From NCBI GenBank assembly GCA_965224085.1, contig CBDCYI010000005.1, forward strand, positions 64,001 through 128,000: DNA of 64,000 bases, written 5' to 3'. This document shows, one piece after another, positions 10,050-19,662 of the stretch. Position numbers and translations under genes: made by a program. Numbering within the stretch: position 1 is the first letter of the stretch; each line of letters opens with the position of its first letter. The DNA is from Candidatus Marinacidobacterales bacterium. Its GTDB lineage: Bacteria; Acidobacteriota; Vicinamibacteria; Marinacidobacterales; SMYC01. Below the pieces are notes generated by a model. That model was not told the DNA's origin. It worked only from the letters and a program-made list of their open reading frames with translations, and ran no database searches.

Positions 10050-10901
10050 TTACCCTGGCTCACGATCGCCTTGGCATTCCGTAAACGCGGCGGAGGCATA
10101 ACCTACGACGCCCACTATATCTCCCGTGACATCGCCTGAATCTCCGTAGGCGAGAACGCGTGACTGCGACGCGCCGAGGGTGCGGGCCGCCTCGAGCACC
10201 GCGATCATCGGACCGCCTCCGCAAGCGTGATCGCGACGTGCCTCGAGAAGCTCCGCGAGCCCGCGAGGGTCGAAACGCTCGAGACAAGCGACCACTTCCG
10301 AGTCGAGCTCACGCGCTCGGACGCGCGGCTCGAAATGAGAAAGGTCCGAGCTCGCGACGAGGAGCACGGAACGTCCCGATTGTTTGACCGCGCTCTCGAT
10401 CGCATGGATCGCTATAGCGATCGTGGAACGCGTTTGATAACCCATCAACATGGGCGCAACGGGAACGTCAGGAAGAAAACGCTGCAAGAACGGGTATTGC
10501 ATCTCCAAACTGTGCTCGTCGAGATGGACTTCGGGCGCGAAACGGATGCGGGACGATGCGCGCTCGAGCGTCGCGACGAGGTCCCGGTCGATTTGAACGA
10601 CGCCGAGCGGGGTCTCGATACCCCCTCCCTGAATCAGAAAAAGGCCGTCGCCCCCTTGATGGCACGGCCCGAGCAACACCACGCTGTCGAAACGCTCACG
10701 CTCCAAAAGACTATAGGCCGCGGCGGCGATACGCCCCGAATATCGAATCCCCGCATGCGGCACCACGAGCGCACGTAATCTTCCCGCCAGGTCACAGGTG
10801 AGAGCGTCAGCGACACAGCTCTCGAGGAGCGCACGAAGCGCCGCCGGCTCGGCGGGGTACCACGTTCCCGCCATGCGCGACGGACGGATCGCTTCATCCA
10901 T
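10050..10901 (-). CDS. Memo-like protein (AmmeMemoRadiSam protein B)
   Basis: AGTWYP, VPHAG.RYSG, EHSLEMQYPFL, ASSDLSH, ACG.GP, VVGYA. Confidence 0.92.
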   Translation of the reverse strand: MDEAIRPSRMAGTWYPAEPAALRALLESCVADALTCDLAGRLRALVVPHAGIRYSGRIAAAAYSLLERERFDSVVLLGPCHQGGDGLFLIQGGGIETPLGVVQIDRDLVATLERASSRIRFAPEVHLDEHSLEMQYPFLQRFLPDVPVAPMLMGYQTRSTIAIAIHAIESAVKQSGRSVLLVASSDLSHFEPRVRARELDSEVVACLERFDPRGLAELLEARRDHACGGGPMIAVLEAARTLGASQSRVLAYGDSGDVTGDIVGVVGYASAAFTECQGDREPG

Positions 10902-11511
10902 CGGCTTTCAAGGGGGGCCGACGACGCTGAAGCAGAAGGAAAATCCCGAACGCGATGACGAACACGAGGAGCGTACCCACGAGAACGGCCGATGCGTTGT
11001 CTCTCAAATACACGATCGCGACGTCGCCGAAACGCACTGCCAGAAACGCTTCTCCGAAATAGCGAAAGGAGCGGCCGAGGATGATCGCCAACAAGAAGCG
11101 ACGATAGGGAAGCCCCAAAACGCCGGCGGAGAGAACGAAAATCTTGAAGGGGAACGGTGGAGGCAAGATTGCGGGCACGGCGACGGCGAGCGCTCCGTAG
11201 CGCGCGAACAAACGAAACACGGAATGGATCTTCCCGTCGGAGAACTTCTTCTTGAGAAAGCCGTATCCCTTCCATCGCGCCAGCACGTAAAGAAGGCTCG
11301 CGCCGGAAGCCGAACCGAGCACGGTCATCAAAGCATAGTAATAAGCATGGGTCGGGAAGCGTGTTCCGAAATAGATCAACAGAAGGTCGTTGATCTCGGG
11401 GAGCGACAGAAGCGAAGAGTCGAAGAACGCGACGACGAACAGACCAAGTCCGCCCGTAAAGCTCCCGAGGCCGCGCACGGCCTCTACCAAACGCTCGGCT
11501 ATGCTTCCCAT
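10894..11511 (-). CDS. VTT/DedA (YqaA-like) membrane protein
   Basis: AFFDSS..SLPE..DLL, LPPPFPFK.FVL.AG, GRSFRY. Confidence 0.85.
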   Translation of the reverse strand: MGSIAERLVEAVRGLGSFTGGLGLFVVAFFDSSLLSLPEINDLLLIYFGTRFPTHAYYYALMTVLGSASGASLLYVLARWKGYGFLKKKFSDGKIHSVFRLFARYGALAVAVPAILPPPFPFKIFVLSAGVLGLPYRRFLLAIILGRSFRYFGEAFLAVRFGDVAIVYLRDNASAVLVGTLLVFVIAFGIFLLLQRRRPPLKADG

Positions 11512-11539
11512 CCGGCGATACCGCCGGCATTATAGATCT

Positions 11540-13117
11540 TTACTCGAGCCGGACAGGAATCCAGAGAAAGCTCGACTGCTGGCCTCGCACGACTCGCTCG
11601 ATGCGCAAGAGCAAGTCACCGCCCGGGGGAACTTCACCGATTCGCCGCTGCAGATCGTCCACGTTGCGCACGGGCTGGCGGTTCGCTTCGATGATGATGT
11701 CGCCGCGCCGAAGCCCGCCCTCCTCTCCCGGTCCGTCCGGGTCGACATCCATCAGCACGACCCCGGCCGCCGAGCTCGCGCCGAGCTCGCTCGCGAGCTC
11801 ATCGGACAAGTTCTGACCGCTGATGCCGAGACGACCCCGGTCTTCAGCAGGTTCCTCTGGCGCGAGATTCGCGTCGACTACGCGAAGCGCCATCGTGACG
11901 TCCGTCGTCCGAAGCTCGCCGTCACGGAAGAACTTCACCGGAACGGTCTGATCGGGTCGCACATCCGCAACGATGTGGACGAGGTGATTGTTGGACTCGA
12001 TGGGCACGTTGTTGAGCTCCACAATGATGTCACCCGCCTTCAGGCCTGCTTTAGCCGCGGGCCCGTCGGACTCGAGAATCTCGGAGATGATGGCGCCCTT
12101 TTGTCCCGTGAGACCAAAGCTTCTCGCAAGTTCCGGCGTGAGATTCTGGATGCTGACGCCGAGCCAGCCGCGCGTCACTTTCCCGACCGAGACGAGCTGG
12201 TCGTAAATCTTGCGCGTCATGTCCGACGGGATAGCAAAGCCAATTCCCATATTGCCGCCGGAGTTCGAGATGATGTTCGAGTTGATTCCGATGATCTCGC
12301 CATGCATGTTTACGAGAGGCCCACCTGAATTGCCCGGATTGATGGCGGCATCCGTCTGAATGAAATTGTCGTAGTTGCCCTGGCCAATGAGACGCCCTTT
12401 GGCGCTCACGATCCCAGCCGTCACCGTATGGCCGAAACCGAACGGGTTTCCCATGGCGAGAACCCACTCGCCGACCATCGTGTTCTCGGAGCTCCCGAAG
12501 CCAACATGCACGAAAGTGCGATCGGCGTCGATCCGCAAGACGGCGAGATCGGTCGCCGCGTCGGTGCCGATGACTTCGGCGTCGAAGCGGGTTTGATCCG
12601 AGAACCGGACCTCGATTTCGTCGGCATTCTCGATCACGTGGTTGTTGGTGATGACGTAGCCTCTAGGATCGACGATGACACCAGAGCCGAGACTGCGGCG
12701 TCTCTGTCCTTCTGGTTGGTCGCGAAAAAACCGCTCGAAGAAATCGTCCAAAGGTGTGCCGGCAGGCGGCCGTTGAGCGCGCTCGGTGCCTTCAGTGAAG
12801 ATGTTGACCACCGCGGGCTCGAGCTTGCTCGCGACGGCAGCGAAAGCGCGAGAGAGCTTGTCGACCTCTGGGAGATCGTCCGTATCCGTGAGCGGCCGTT
12901 CCGCAGGAGCGGCGGCGGGTGTTGCCCGCACTTGAGAAGGCTCCGCTAGCTGAACCGACGAATTATGCGCGGGCGGGGTGGGAGCTCCGGAAACACTAGG
13001 GCCCACCGCAATGGCCAGAGCGATCAAAACGCCGATGAGGCCGAGCCCGAGCGCGGCCACGCGGCCCAAAGTCGAGTGCTTGCCAGGCTCGCGTCGCGTT
13101 TCGTGATTGTCGGTCAT
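11540..13117 (-). CDS. DegP/DegQ (HtrA) serine endoprotease with two PDZ domains
   Basis: SLGSGVI, ITNNHV, TDLAV, IQTDAAINPGNSGGPL; TGTTATAAT extended -10 at 13190-13198. Confidence 0.95.
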   Translation of the reverse strand: MTDNHETRREPGKHSTLGRVAALGLGLIGVLIALAIAVGPSVSGAPTPPAHNSSVQLAEPSQVRATPAAAPAERPLTDTDDLPEVDKLSRAFAAVASKLEPAVVNIFTEGTERAQRPPAGTPLDDFFERFFRDQPEGQRRRSLGSGVIVDPRGYVITNNHVIENADEIEVRFSDQTRFDAEVIGTDAATDLAVLRIDADRTFVHVGFGSSENTMVGEWVLAMGNPFGFGHTVTAGIVSAKGRLIGQGNYDNFIQTDAAINPGNSGGPLVNMHGEIIGINSNIISNSGGNMGIGFAIPSDMTRKIYDQLVSVGKVTRGWLGVSIQNLTPELARSFGLTGQKGAIISEILESDGPAAKAGLKAGDIIVELNNVPIESNNHLVHIVADVRPDQTVPVKFFRDGELRTTDVTMALRVVDANLAPEEPAEDRGRLGISGQNLSDELASELGASSAAGVVLMDVDPDGPGEEGGLRRGDIIIEANRQPVRNVDDLQRRIGEVPPGGDLLLRIERVVRGQQSSFLWIPVRLE

Positions 13118-13204
13118 TTATCTCTCCGCAGACTAAGATTAGCCAAGGTTGGCAAAGAGTTCCCTCTACCATTCGATGTTAGTTACACCATTATAACAAG
13201 TCCG

Positions 13205-13876
13205 TTAGAAACGCAGATTGACACCGAAACTGGCTTGTTCAGAGGCCAAATCGAAGCTTCCGAAACCGCGAAAGTCGCCGCCATGCGTGCCGCGCGCCCA
13301 GTGCCGGCGATACTCCCCGAAGACGGAAACCGACGGGCTCACAAGCACTTAGACGCCGCCGGCAACGTAGACACCATAGGCCAAACCGCGATCCACAAAG
13401 GTGTCGATAAAGATGTCGAAGTTCGAGAAATCGATGAATTCCCCTTCCTCCCTGTACTCGTAGAAGTAAAAGCCCGCGCCGCCCGACACGTAGGGAAAGA
13501 CGCGATGAGATTCACCGGTAGGGAGCACGCGCACGCCAGCGGTCACCGGCGTCGTGCGGAGCCTCAGATCTTGTATGACCTCGGTGCCATCATCACGCAC
13601 GAAATCGTGATAGGACGTGAACGCGGTTCGTGAGCTCGACTCCACGCCGAACGCGAGATCGACATACTCGTTGAGCTCGAGCGCCACTTCAACACCGCCG
13701 ATCAAAGCATCGAAATCCCCGAGCTCGAGCGTGAACGACTCGAGGTTGTCCGCCCACAGAGAACTTTCGACGTGAGGCGCAAACCACCCGAGCCGAAAGG
13801 CTACCGAGTGCGCCGCGGCGTGCGGGACCGGAAGAAACGAGATGAGACCGAGCATTGCAGCCAGTCGATAAACCAT
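13205..13876 (-). pseudogene. Outer-membrane beta-barrel protein with an in-frame nonsense codon
   Basis: Signal peptide and PYVSGGAG strand; TAA at 13349-13351, after which the same frame continues VLVSPSVSVFGEYRRHW...SFGVNLRF* with the terminal Phe typical of OMPs. Confidence 0.85.
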
Positions 13877-13914
13877 CGTGCTCCTCTTTTCTGGCGGCGA
13901 TCGTCGATCGTTGC

Positions 13915-13931
13915 TGCATGCTACGTGCCAA
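13915..13931 (-). promoter_or_regulatory. sigma54-type -24/-12 promoter of the OMP gene
   Basis: TTGGCACGTAGCATGCA (GG-N10-GC), about 40 bp upstream of the ATG. Confidence 0.65.
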
Positions 13932-14034
13932 GAGAGAACGGGAAATGGAAGCTCAACCGTCCTATCGACAGGACACACGAGCCGAGCTCAGTGTCCGACT
14001 AAGAATGGGGTGGTTATTCTCGCCCAGACCCTTA

Positions 14035-14799
14035 TTAGGAGAGAATCGCAAGCATCTGATCGTGCAGACGTCCGTTCGACGCCACGATCGCTTTTTGAGA
14101 GTAGTGGAACGAGTTGCCCGTCATTCCCGTAACTAGCCCGCCTGCTTCCTGAACAAGCAACGCGCCGGCGGCAGTGTCCCACGGGCCGAGTTTCTCTTCC
14201 CAGAACCCATCGAAGCGCCCGGCGGCGACGTAGCACAAATCGAGAGCGGCCGATCCATCTCGCCGGATGGCCCGCGCCGTTCCCATGAATTTCTTGAAAA
14301 GGCGCAGATTCCCTTCGAGGTCGTCCTTGAGGTCGTACGGGAATCCCGTCGTGAGAAGCGCGTGCCGGATCTCTGACGTAGCCGACACCTCGAGCTTCTT
14401 GCCGTTCAAAAAAGCGCCGCGACCACTCTCCGCGGTAAAAAGTTCCTGGTGCACGGGATCGTAGACAACACCCGCACGTACTTCATCATCTTCCTCGTAG
14501 CCGATGGAGACGGCGAACATCGGATAGGCATGAGCGAAGTTCGTCGTCCCGTCCAATGGATCCACGACGAATCGCTTCGACGTGTCGCCGGTCGGGCCAC
14601 CGCTTTCCTCCGCGAGAATGGAAGCGGCCGGCATGCGCGCGTTCAAGATCGAGAGGATCGTCGCTTCGGATTCGAGGTCGGCTTGGGTGACCAGATCGAG
14701 CTCGCCCTTGAATGAGATCTCGAAAGCGCCGCCATAGTAGGACTCGAGAATAGCGCCGCCGGCGAGCGCAGCTTCGATGGCGACCGATAGTGCTCGCAT
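14035..14799 (-). CDS. suhB: Inositol monophosphatase
   Basis: VTQAD..SE, DPLDGTTNFAH, RRDGSAALDLCYVAAGRFDGFWE, WDTAAG. Confidence 0.93.
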   Translation of the reverse strand: MRALSVAIEAALAGGAILESYYGGAFEISFKGELDLVTQADLESEATILSILNARMPAASILAEESGGPTGDTSKRFVVDPLDGTTNFAHAYPMFAVSIGYEEDDEVRAGVVYDPVHQELFTAESGRGAFLNGKKLEVSATSEIRHALLTTGFPYDLKDDLEGNLRLFKKFMGTARAIRRDGSAALDLCYVAAGRFDGFWEEKLGPWDTAAGALLVQEAGGLVTGMTGNSFHYSQKAIVASNGRLHDQMLAILS

Positions 14800-14833
14800 C
14801 TCTTGCTAGTGATTGGTTGTCAGTGCGTAGCGC

Positions 14834-15259
14834 CTATTCGACCCGTTTCATCATCGTGACGCGGGTGCCTTGGTTGGGCTCGAAATGATAGCTGACGTCG
14901 TCCATGAAGTTCTTCATGAAGAAGATCCCGCGGCCGCTGGCGCGCAGCAAATTCTCTTCTGCGAGCGGGTCCGGAATTTCTTCCGGGTCGAAGCCTTCTC
15001 CTTCGTCTTGCACGGAAACGCTGAACTCGCTCGCCTCGTATTCGAAGCGAACGATCACGCGTTTGGACACGTCGAGCTTGTTCCCGTGACGGACGGCGTT
15101 GGTCACCGATTCGCGAATCGCGACGCTCATCCAATGGGACGCGTCGGTATCGAAGCCGACTTCCGCCGAGACCGACTCGAAGACAATCTGCACCAGATCG
15201 ACCATATCGAAGCTGCTCTGGATATCGATCTGAACGCAGTTCTTCTTCGTCTTCACCAT
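14834..15259 (-). CDS. RsbW-like anti-sigma factor / ATP-binding protein
   Basis: ESVTNAVRHGN, V.DEGEGFDP, DPL..ENLL.ASGRGIF.M..FMD. Confidence 0.9.
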   Translation of the reverse strand: MVKTKKNCVQIDIQSSFDMVDLVQIVFESVSAEVGFDTDASHWMSVAIRESVTNAVRHGNKLDVSKRVIVRFEYEASEFSVSVQDEGEGFDPEEIPDPLAEENLLRASGRGIFFMKNFMDDVSYHFEPNQGTRVTMMKRVE

Positions 15260-15347
15260 CCCTCCGGCCGGATAGGCTACAAGATTCAACGAGTTGAAAC
15301 AACCCACACTCACTCGATTCCGAGCCTACGTGCTATCATCATTATCC

Positions 15348-16625
15348 ATGTCACCCCACTCTAGGGTTCGGCTTCGGGGTCACTTCGCACCACCTGGGGA
15401 CAAATCCATAGGTCACCGGCTCGCGCTCCTAGGCGCGATCGCGAGCGGGCGCACGCGCATCGAAGGTTTCCCACCAGGCCAGGACTGTGGCCGCACCTTG
15501 GACCTCGTTCGCTCGCTGGGCGTCGAGGCACAACAGCGGGACGCCGTTGTCGAGATCGAAGGCGTCGGCCTCGACGGCTTGCAAGCAACCGATCAGGACC
15601 TCGACGCGGGAAATTCGGGCTCGACCGCGCGCATGGCGTGCGGCTATCTCGCGCCGCAGCGATTCGAATGCCGCATCGTCGGCGACAAGAGCCTGTCGCA
15701 GCGGCCCATCGACCGCGTCGTGAAGCCGCTAGCGGCGATGGGTGCCTCCATCAAGACCTCTGGCGGCCGGCTCCCGCTCACGATCCATGGCGGTCGCGAG
15801 CTTCACGGTATCGATTACGATCTACCCATCCCGAGCGCTCAAGTGAAGACGGCACTCCTCCTTGCCGGACTCCACGCGACAGGCACAACGCGCGTGCGAG
15901 AAACGCTCCCATCGAGAGACCATACCGAGATCGCCCTCCGTGGGTTCGGCGCGGAGCCTGTCATCGACCATGGCGTCGTGTCCTTGCGCCGTGTCGCGCG
16001 CCTGAGTGCGGGGCAATTTCGTGTTCCAGGTGATTTTTCATCTGCAGCGTTCTTCGTGACCGCGGCGGCGTTTCTGCCCGACTCCGATCTCGTCGTCGAG
16101 AATGTCGGTTTGAACCCGACCCGAGCGGCGCTACTGGATGTGCTCCTCGACATGGGTGCGGATATTCACGTCGAGCCGCACGAAACGCGTGAAGGTCAAG
16201 AGCCGGTGGGTAATATTCGCGTGCGGGGTCGCGAGCTCCACGGGGCGGTTGTACCTGCCGATAGGCTTCCAGCGATGATTGACGAAGTTCCCATACTCGC
16301 AGTCGCGGCGGCCTTCGCTAACGGCACGACGCGAGTGGAAGGTGCTTCGGAGCTTCGTGTCAAAGAGAGTGACCGCCTCGCTGCCATCATCGAAGGCTTG
16401 GATGCCCTCGGAGCCGAGGTGGCCGCGATCCCGGACGGTTTCGTCATAGAGGGCAGCCATCAGCTCTCCGCGGCATCTCTCAAGACCTACGGCGACCACC
16501 GGATGGTGATGGCTTGGGCTATCGCTTCACTTGGGCTGGACGGAGACTGTACAATTGATCACTTGGATAAAGTAAAGATCTCCTATCCAAGCTTCTGGGA
16601 GACTCTCGACTATTTGGCGCGGTAG
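15348..16625 (+). CDS. aroA: EPSP synthase
   Basis: PGDKSIGHR, DAGNSGST, SAQVK, SRDHTE, ELRVKESDR, DHR. Confidence 0.97.
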   Translation: MSPHSRVRLRGHFAPPGDKSIGHRLALLGAIASGRTRIEGFPPGQDCGRTLDLVRSLGVEAQQRDAVVEIEGVGLDGLQATDQDLDAGNSGSTARMACGYLAPQRFECRIVGDKSLSQRPIDRVVKPLAAMGASIKTSGGRLPLTIHGGRELHGIDYDLPIPSAQVKTALLLAGLHATGTTRVRETLPSRDHTEIALRGFGAEPVIDHGVVSLRRVARLSAGQFRVPGDFSSAAFFVTAAAFLPDSDLVVENVGLNPTRAALLDVLLDMGADIHVEPHETREGQEPVGNIRVRGRELHGAVVPADRLPAMIDEVPILAVAAAFANGTTRVEGASELRVKESDRLAAIIEGLDALGAEVAAIPDGFVIEGSHQLSAASLKTYGDHRMVMAWAIASLGLDGDCTIDHLDKVKISYPSFWETLDYLAR

Positions 16626-16632
16626 ACGGCCA

Positions 16633-17142
16633 ATGACGTGGTTCTTCCTCGTAGGATTCATGGGCACCGGTAAGACGACGCTCGGAAAGGCGGTAGCCGC
16701 TCAGTTGTCGCTTCCTTTCTTCGATTTGGACCGTGCCGTCGAACAGAACGCAGGTGCGAGCGTCCCGGATATTTTCGAGAACGAAGGAGAAGAGAGTTTC
16801 CGCAAGCGTGAAACAAAGGCCTTGTTGCAAACGCTCGAGCAACGACCGGAAGGCATGGTCGCGACTGGCGGAGGTGCGTTTATGATCGAGGAGAACCGAC
16901 GAATCATGATGGAAGCGGGCATTTCCGTCTGGCTCGACGTGCCTACGGACGAGCTGCTCGCGCGGGTAGGGGGCGACGGCCGCCCGCTGTGGAAAAACCC
17001 CGCGGAAGCGCGCGTCCTTGCAGAGCAGAGAAAAGCGTATTACCGTTTAGCCAATTTGCGCTTGGAGCTGGAAGGCCAATCTATCGAACAGAATACGACG
17101 TGCCTATACCGGCTGCTCGCACCTCATAGAAGTGATTCATGA
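16633..17142 (+). CDS. aroK: Shikimate kinase
   Basis: GFMGTGKTT, GEESFR..E, ATGGG; follows aroA. Confidence 0.93.
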   Translation: MTWFFLVGFMGTGKTTLGKAVAAQLSLPFFDLDRAVEQNAGASVPDIFENEGEESFRKRETKALLQTLEQRPEGMVATGGGAFMIEENRRIMMEAGISVWLDVPTDELLARVGGDGRPLWKNPAEARVLAEQRKAYYRLANLRLELEGQSIEQNTTCLYRLLAPHRSDS

Positions 17143-17888
17143 GATACCTCGTACTGAGCGACATCCACTCGAACCTCGAAGCGCTGACCGCGGTGCTGCA
17201 GCGCGTGCGCCGCAAGCGCTTCGACCGGGTCGTCATCCTCGGCGACCTCGTCGGCTACGGCGCCGACCCGAATCCGATTGTCGACAGAGTCCGCAAGCTA
17301 AAACGTTCGGTGATCATCCGAGGCAATCACGACAAGGTATGTAGCGGCATCGACAACGGCGACATGTTCAACAAAATCGCGCTCCAGTCCGCGCGCTGGA
17401 CCGAGGATCAGCTGCTCCCCCGGCACCGCAAATGGCTCCGAGCGCTCCCCAAAGGGCCCGTCAAAGTAGGTGACGTTTTCTCGATCTCCCATGGAACGCC
17501 GCTCGACGAAGACGCCTACATCTTTGGAGAGATCGAGGCTCTCAACATGTTTCAGTACTTCGAGACGCCCATCTGCTTCTTCGGTCACAGCCATTTTCCA
17601 GTCGTCTTCGGACTCGACGACGAAGCCCTAACGACCCACATTCCGCTGACCCATGGCAGCGACAACTGCCGAATAAAGCTCGACAAAACAACGCGCTATC
17701 TCATCAACCCAGGCTCGATCGGCCAGCCCCGCGACGGCGACAACCGCGCAAGCTTCGGCATCCTCGATGACAAACGGATGACCATAACCATCTACCGCGT
17801 AAAATACCCCTACGAAAAAACGCAGCAAAAAATCCGTGCCGCCGGTCTCCCCGCCCCACTTGCCGACCGACTAGCCCTAGGCCGGTAG
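17139..17888 (+). CDS. Metallophosphoesterase family protein
   Basis: SDIHSN, GDLVGYG, RGNHD, HGTP, GHSH, NPGSIGQPRD. Confidence 0.92.
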   Translation: MRYLVLSDIHSNLEALTAVLQRVRRKRFDRVVILGDLVGYGADPNPIVDRVRKLKRSVIIRGNHDKVCSGIDNGDMFNKIALQSARWTEDQLLPRHRKWLRALPKGPVKVGDVFSISHGTPLDEDAYIFGEIEALNMFQYFETPICFFGHSHFPVVFGLDDEALTTHIPLTHGSDNCRIKLDKTTRYLINPGSIGQPRDGDNRASFGILDDKRMTITIYRVKYPYEKTQQKIRAAGLPAPLADRLALGR

Positions 17889-17909
17889 GGAGGTCCCCGT
17901 ATTCCGGGT

Positions 17910-17994
17910 AGCATTCAGGATCGGGACTCCGGCAGCATAGCTCGGTTGTCGGGAGTCTTGATCTGCCGGAGTCCTGAGAGCAATGCTGAATGCT
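17910..17994. repeat. Intergenic inverted-repeat element bounded by AGCATTCAG/CTGAATGCT
   Basis: Terminal 9-bp inverted repeat plus inner GGACTCCGGCAG / CTGCCGGAGTCC stem. Confidence 0.55.
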
Positions 17995-18082
17995 GGAAAA
18001 CGAAACCCCCGATGCTGGCGGGCGGGGGCCAGCACCGAGGGCTTCTTGAGTGGCGGGCTGCTCTTTTTATTGTGGGGAAAAT

Positions 18083-18424
18083 CTATTCATTGACAGCGCG
18101 ATTGATCGCTCGTCGCAGGCCGTGTTCGCCGGCACCACGTCCCTCGTCAGAGGGCGTCGTCCCAAACCGCAGTACAAAGCGTCCTCCCGTGGACAGCGAG
18201 AGGTTGTCAATCAGCTTGCGCGTCAAATCCTGCCACCGCCAGGTTCGCTTCCTGCCCAAGAGCGTCCGGATAGACTTCCGGAGCTCTTGGTCGGCGGCAG
18301 AGTACGTGACTTCGCCTTCGGCGGCACGAATGCCGATATGGAAGCGAATCTTGCCTACGCGCTCTGGACCACGGTAAACGCCGATCCCGAATTCCTGCTT
18401 GTCTAGCAATGCCATCGTCGCCAT
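18083..18424 (-). CDS. Hypothetical protein (113 aa)
   Basis: AAGGAG SD, upstream sigma54-type promoter, downstream hairpins; family not recognised. Confidence 0.65.
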   Translation of the reverse strand: MATMALLDKQEFGIGVYRGPERVGKIRFHIGIRAAEGEVTYSAADQELRKSIRTLLGRKRTWRWQDLTRKLIDNLSLSTGGRFVLRFGTTPSDEGRGAGEHGLRRAINRAVNE

Positions 18425-18504
18425 TTTCGCTGACTCCTTCGTTGGGGCCCGGCATTTTCAGGCCCCGTCAGAGTTATTGTTTGTGTTGATGTACGCGTTG
18501 TATT

Positions 18505-18521
18505 AGCAAGAAGTGTGCCCA
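18505..18521 (-). promoter_or_regulatory. sigma54-type -24/-12 promoter
   Basis: TGGGCACACTTCTTGCT (GG-N10-GC), 80 bp upstream of 18424. Confidence 0.6.
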
Positions 18522-18692
18522 AGCGCACGTTTTGGCCGACTACACAATCGGGGGTGTTTTGTTCTGGCAACCACTAGGGGTTGCGGCGTTTATAGTCACA
18601 ACTCGGCCCGGCATTGAATTGCGCACGGTTCCATGGGTCCATCGTGTAGGAATTTCCCCACAAGCGCTTGGGGGCTGTCCCCCTCTAGCCCG

Positions 18693-19625
18693 TCAAGCGT
18701 TGATTTTACGCGAGTTTCGGCGGTCTTTCAGCCCGCTTGTAAAACCCCACACCGCTTCCGGAGAAGCCCACGCCTCGACGACGCGCACCGAAGGCCCGCG
18801 CGGCGCCCACTGTCGCGGATCGGTGGCAAGGAACAGTGCCAACGTAGGGGCGCCAGCTGCCGCCGCTAGGTGACTGACGCCTGAATCGTGGCCGATGAAG
18901 ACGGCCGAAAAAGCGAGAAGGGTAGCGAGATCGCGCAGCGGGAGCTCCGCCGCGACTGGGCCCGGCACAGCGCGCGCAAGGCTCGAGACGACGTCATGGT
19001 CAGCTTCGCCCTGGACCCAGAGCAGGTCCTGTCCCGCAGCACGGGCACAACGCGCAAATTCGGCGAACCAATAAGGCGGCCAGTTCTTTTTCGGACTGCC
19101 GCTCGACGGGTGGATCGCGACGAAACTCGCCGGCGTGAGGTCGTAGCGGTCAAGGAGCGGACTAGGGTCGCCGAAACGAAGCTCGGGCGGTTGTTTGGGT
19201 GCTTGGAACCCGAGCGCGCGCACGGATGACATCAGATGGTCGCTCGCGTGCACGGCTTCCGGTGGATTCGGCGAAGCTTCGACATAACGGAGCTGCAGCC
19301 GGCGGGCTTTCACGCCGAGAAGCGGAAGTCGCGCCCAGGCAACGATCAAGTCGAAAGCTTCGAGAAACGCGAGGAGATCACCATCCTCGGCGCGCGCGTC
19401 GAAAAAGGCACGGAACCAAGCGCGGTCGATCGAGTGCACGTCGTGGGCCAGGCCCGGCGTTTTAGCGAGCTCGGTGTACGGCAGCGTCCCGACGAGCTCG
19501 ACGCAGTTGCCCGGAGCCGCCAGGGCCGCAATCGCAGGAAACGTGAGAATCGTATCGCCAAGCGCGCCGGCACGAATGGCCAGGACGCGCTGTCCTCCGG
19601 CTGGGCTATACGTCGCGCCGAGCAT
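18693..19625 (-). CDS. Glycosyltransferase family 9 (heptosyltransferase-like)
   Basis: IRAGALGD.IL..P, IHPSSGSP.KNWP, FIGHDSG.SHLAAA.G.PT. Confidence 0.9.
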   Translation of the reverse strand: MLGATYSPAGGQRVLAIRAGALGDTILTFPAIAALAAPGNCVELVGTLPYTELAKTPGLAHDVHSIDRAWFRAFFDARAEDGDLLAFLEAFDLIVAWARLPLLGVKARRLQLRYVEASPNPPEAVHASDHLMSSVRALGFQAPKQPPELRFGDPSPLLDRYDLTPASFVAIHPSSGSPKKNWPPYWFAEFARCARAAGQDLLWVQGEADHDVVSSLARAVPGPVAAELPLRDLATLLAFSAVFIGHDSGVSHLAAAAGAPTLALFLATDPRQWAPRGPSVRVVEAWASPEAVWGFTSGLKDRRNSRKINA

Positions 19626-19662
19626 CCCTCACAGGCCTCACAGGATAGCCCACCGAATAGGC

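Noticed and set aside
7678-13351. TAA recoding or readthrough, suggested by in-frame TAA in pilB and the OMP gene
   Set aside because: The two sites imply different residues (probably Gln and Glu), TAA ends intact genes such as larE and mglA, and pilB has other lesions; nonsense mutation is simpler
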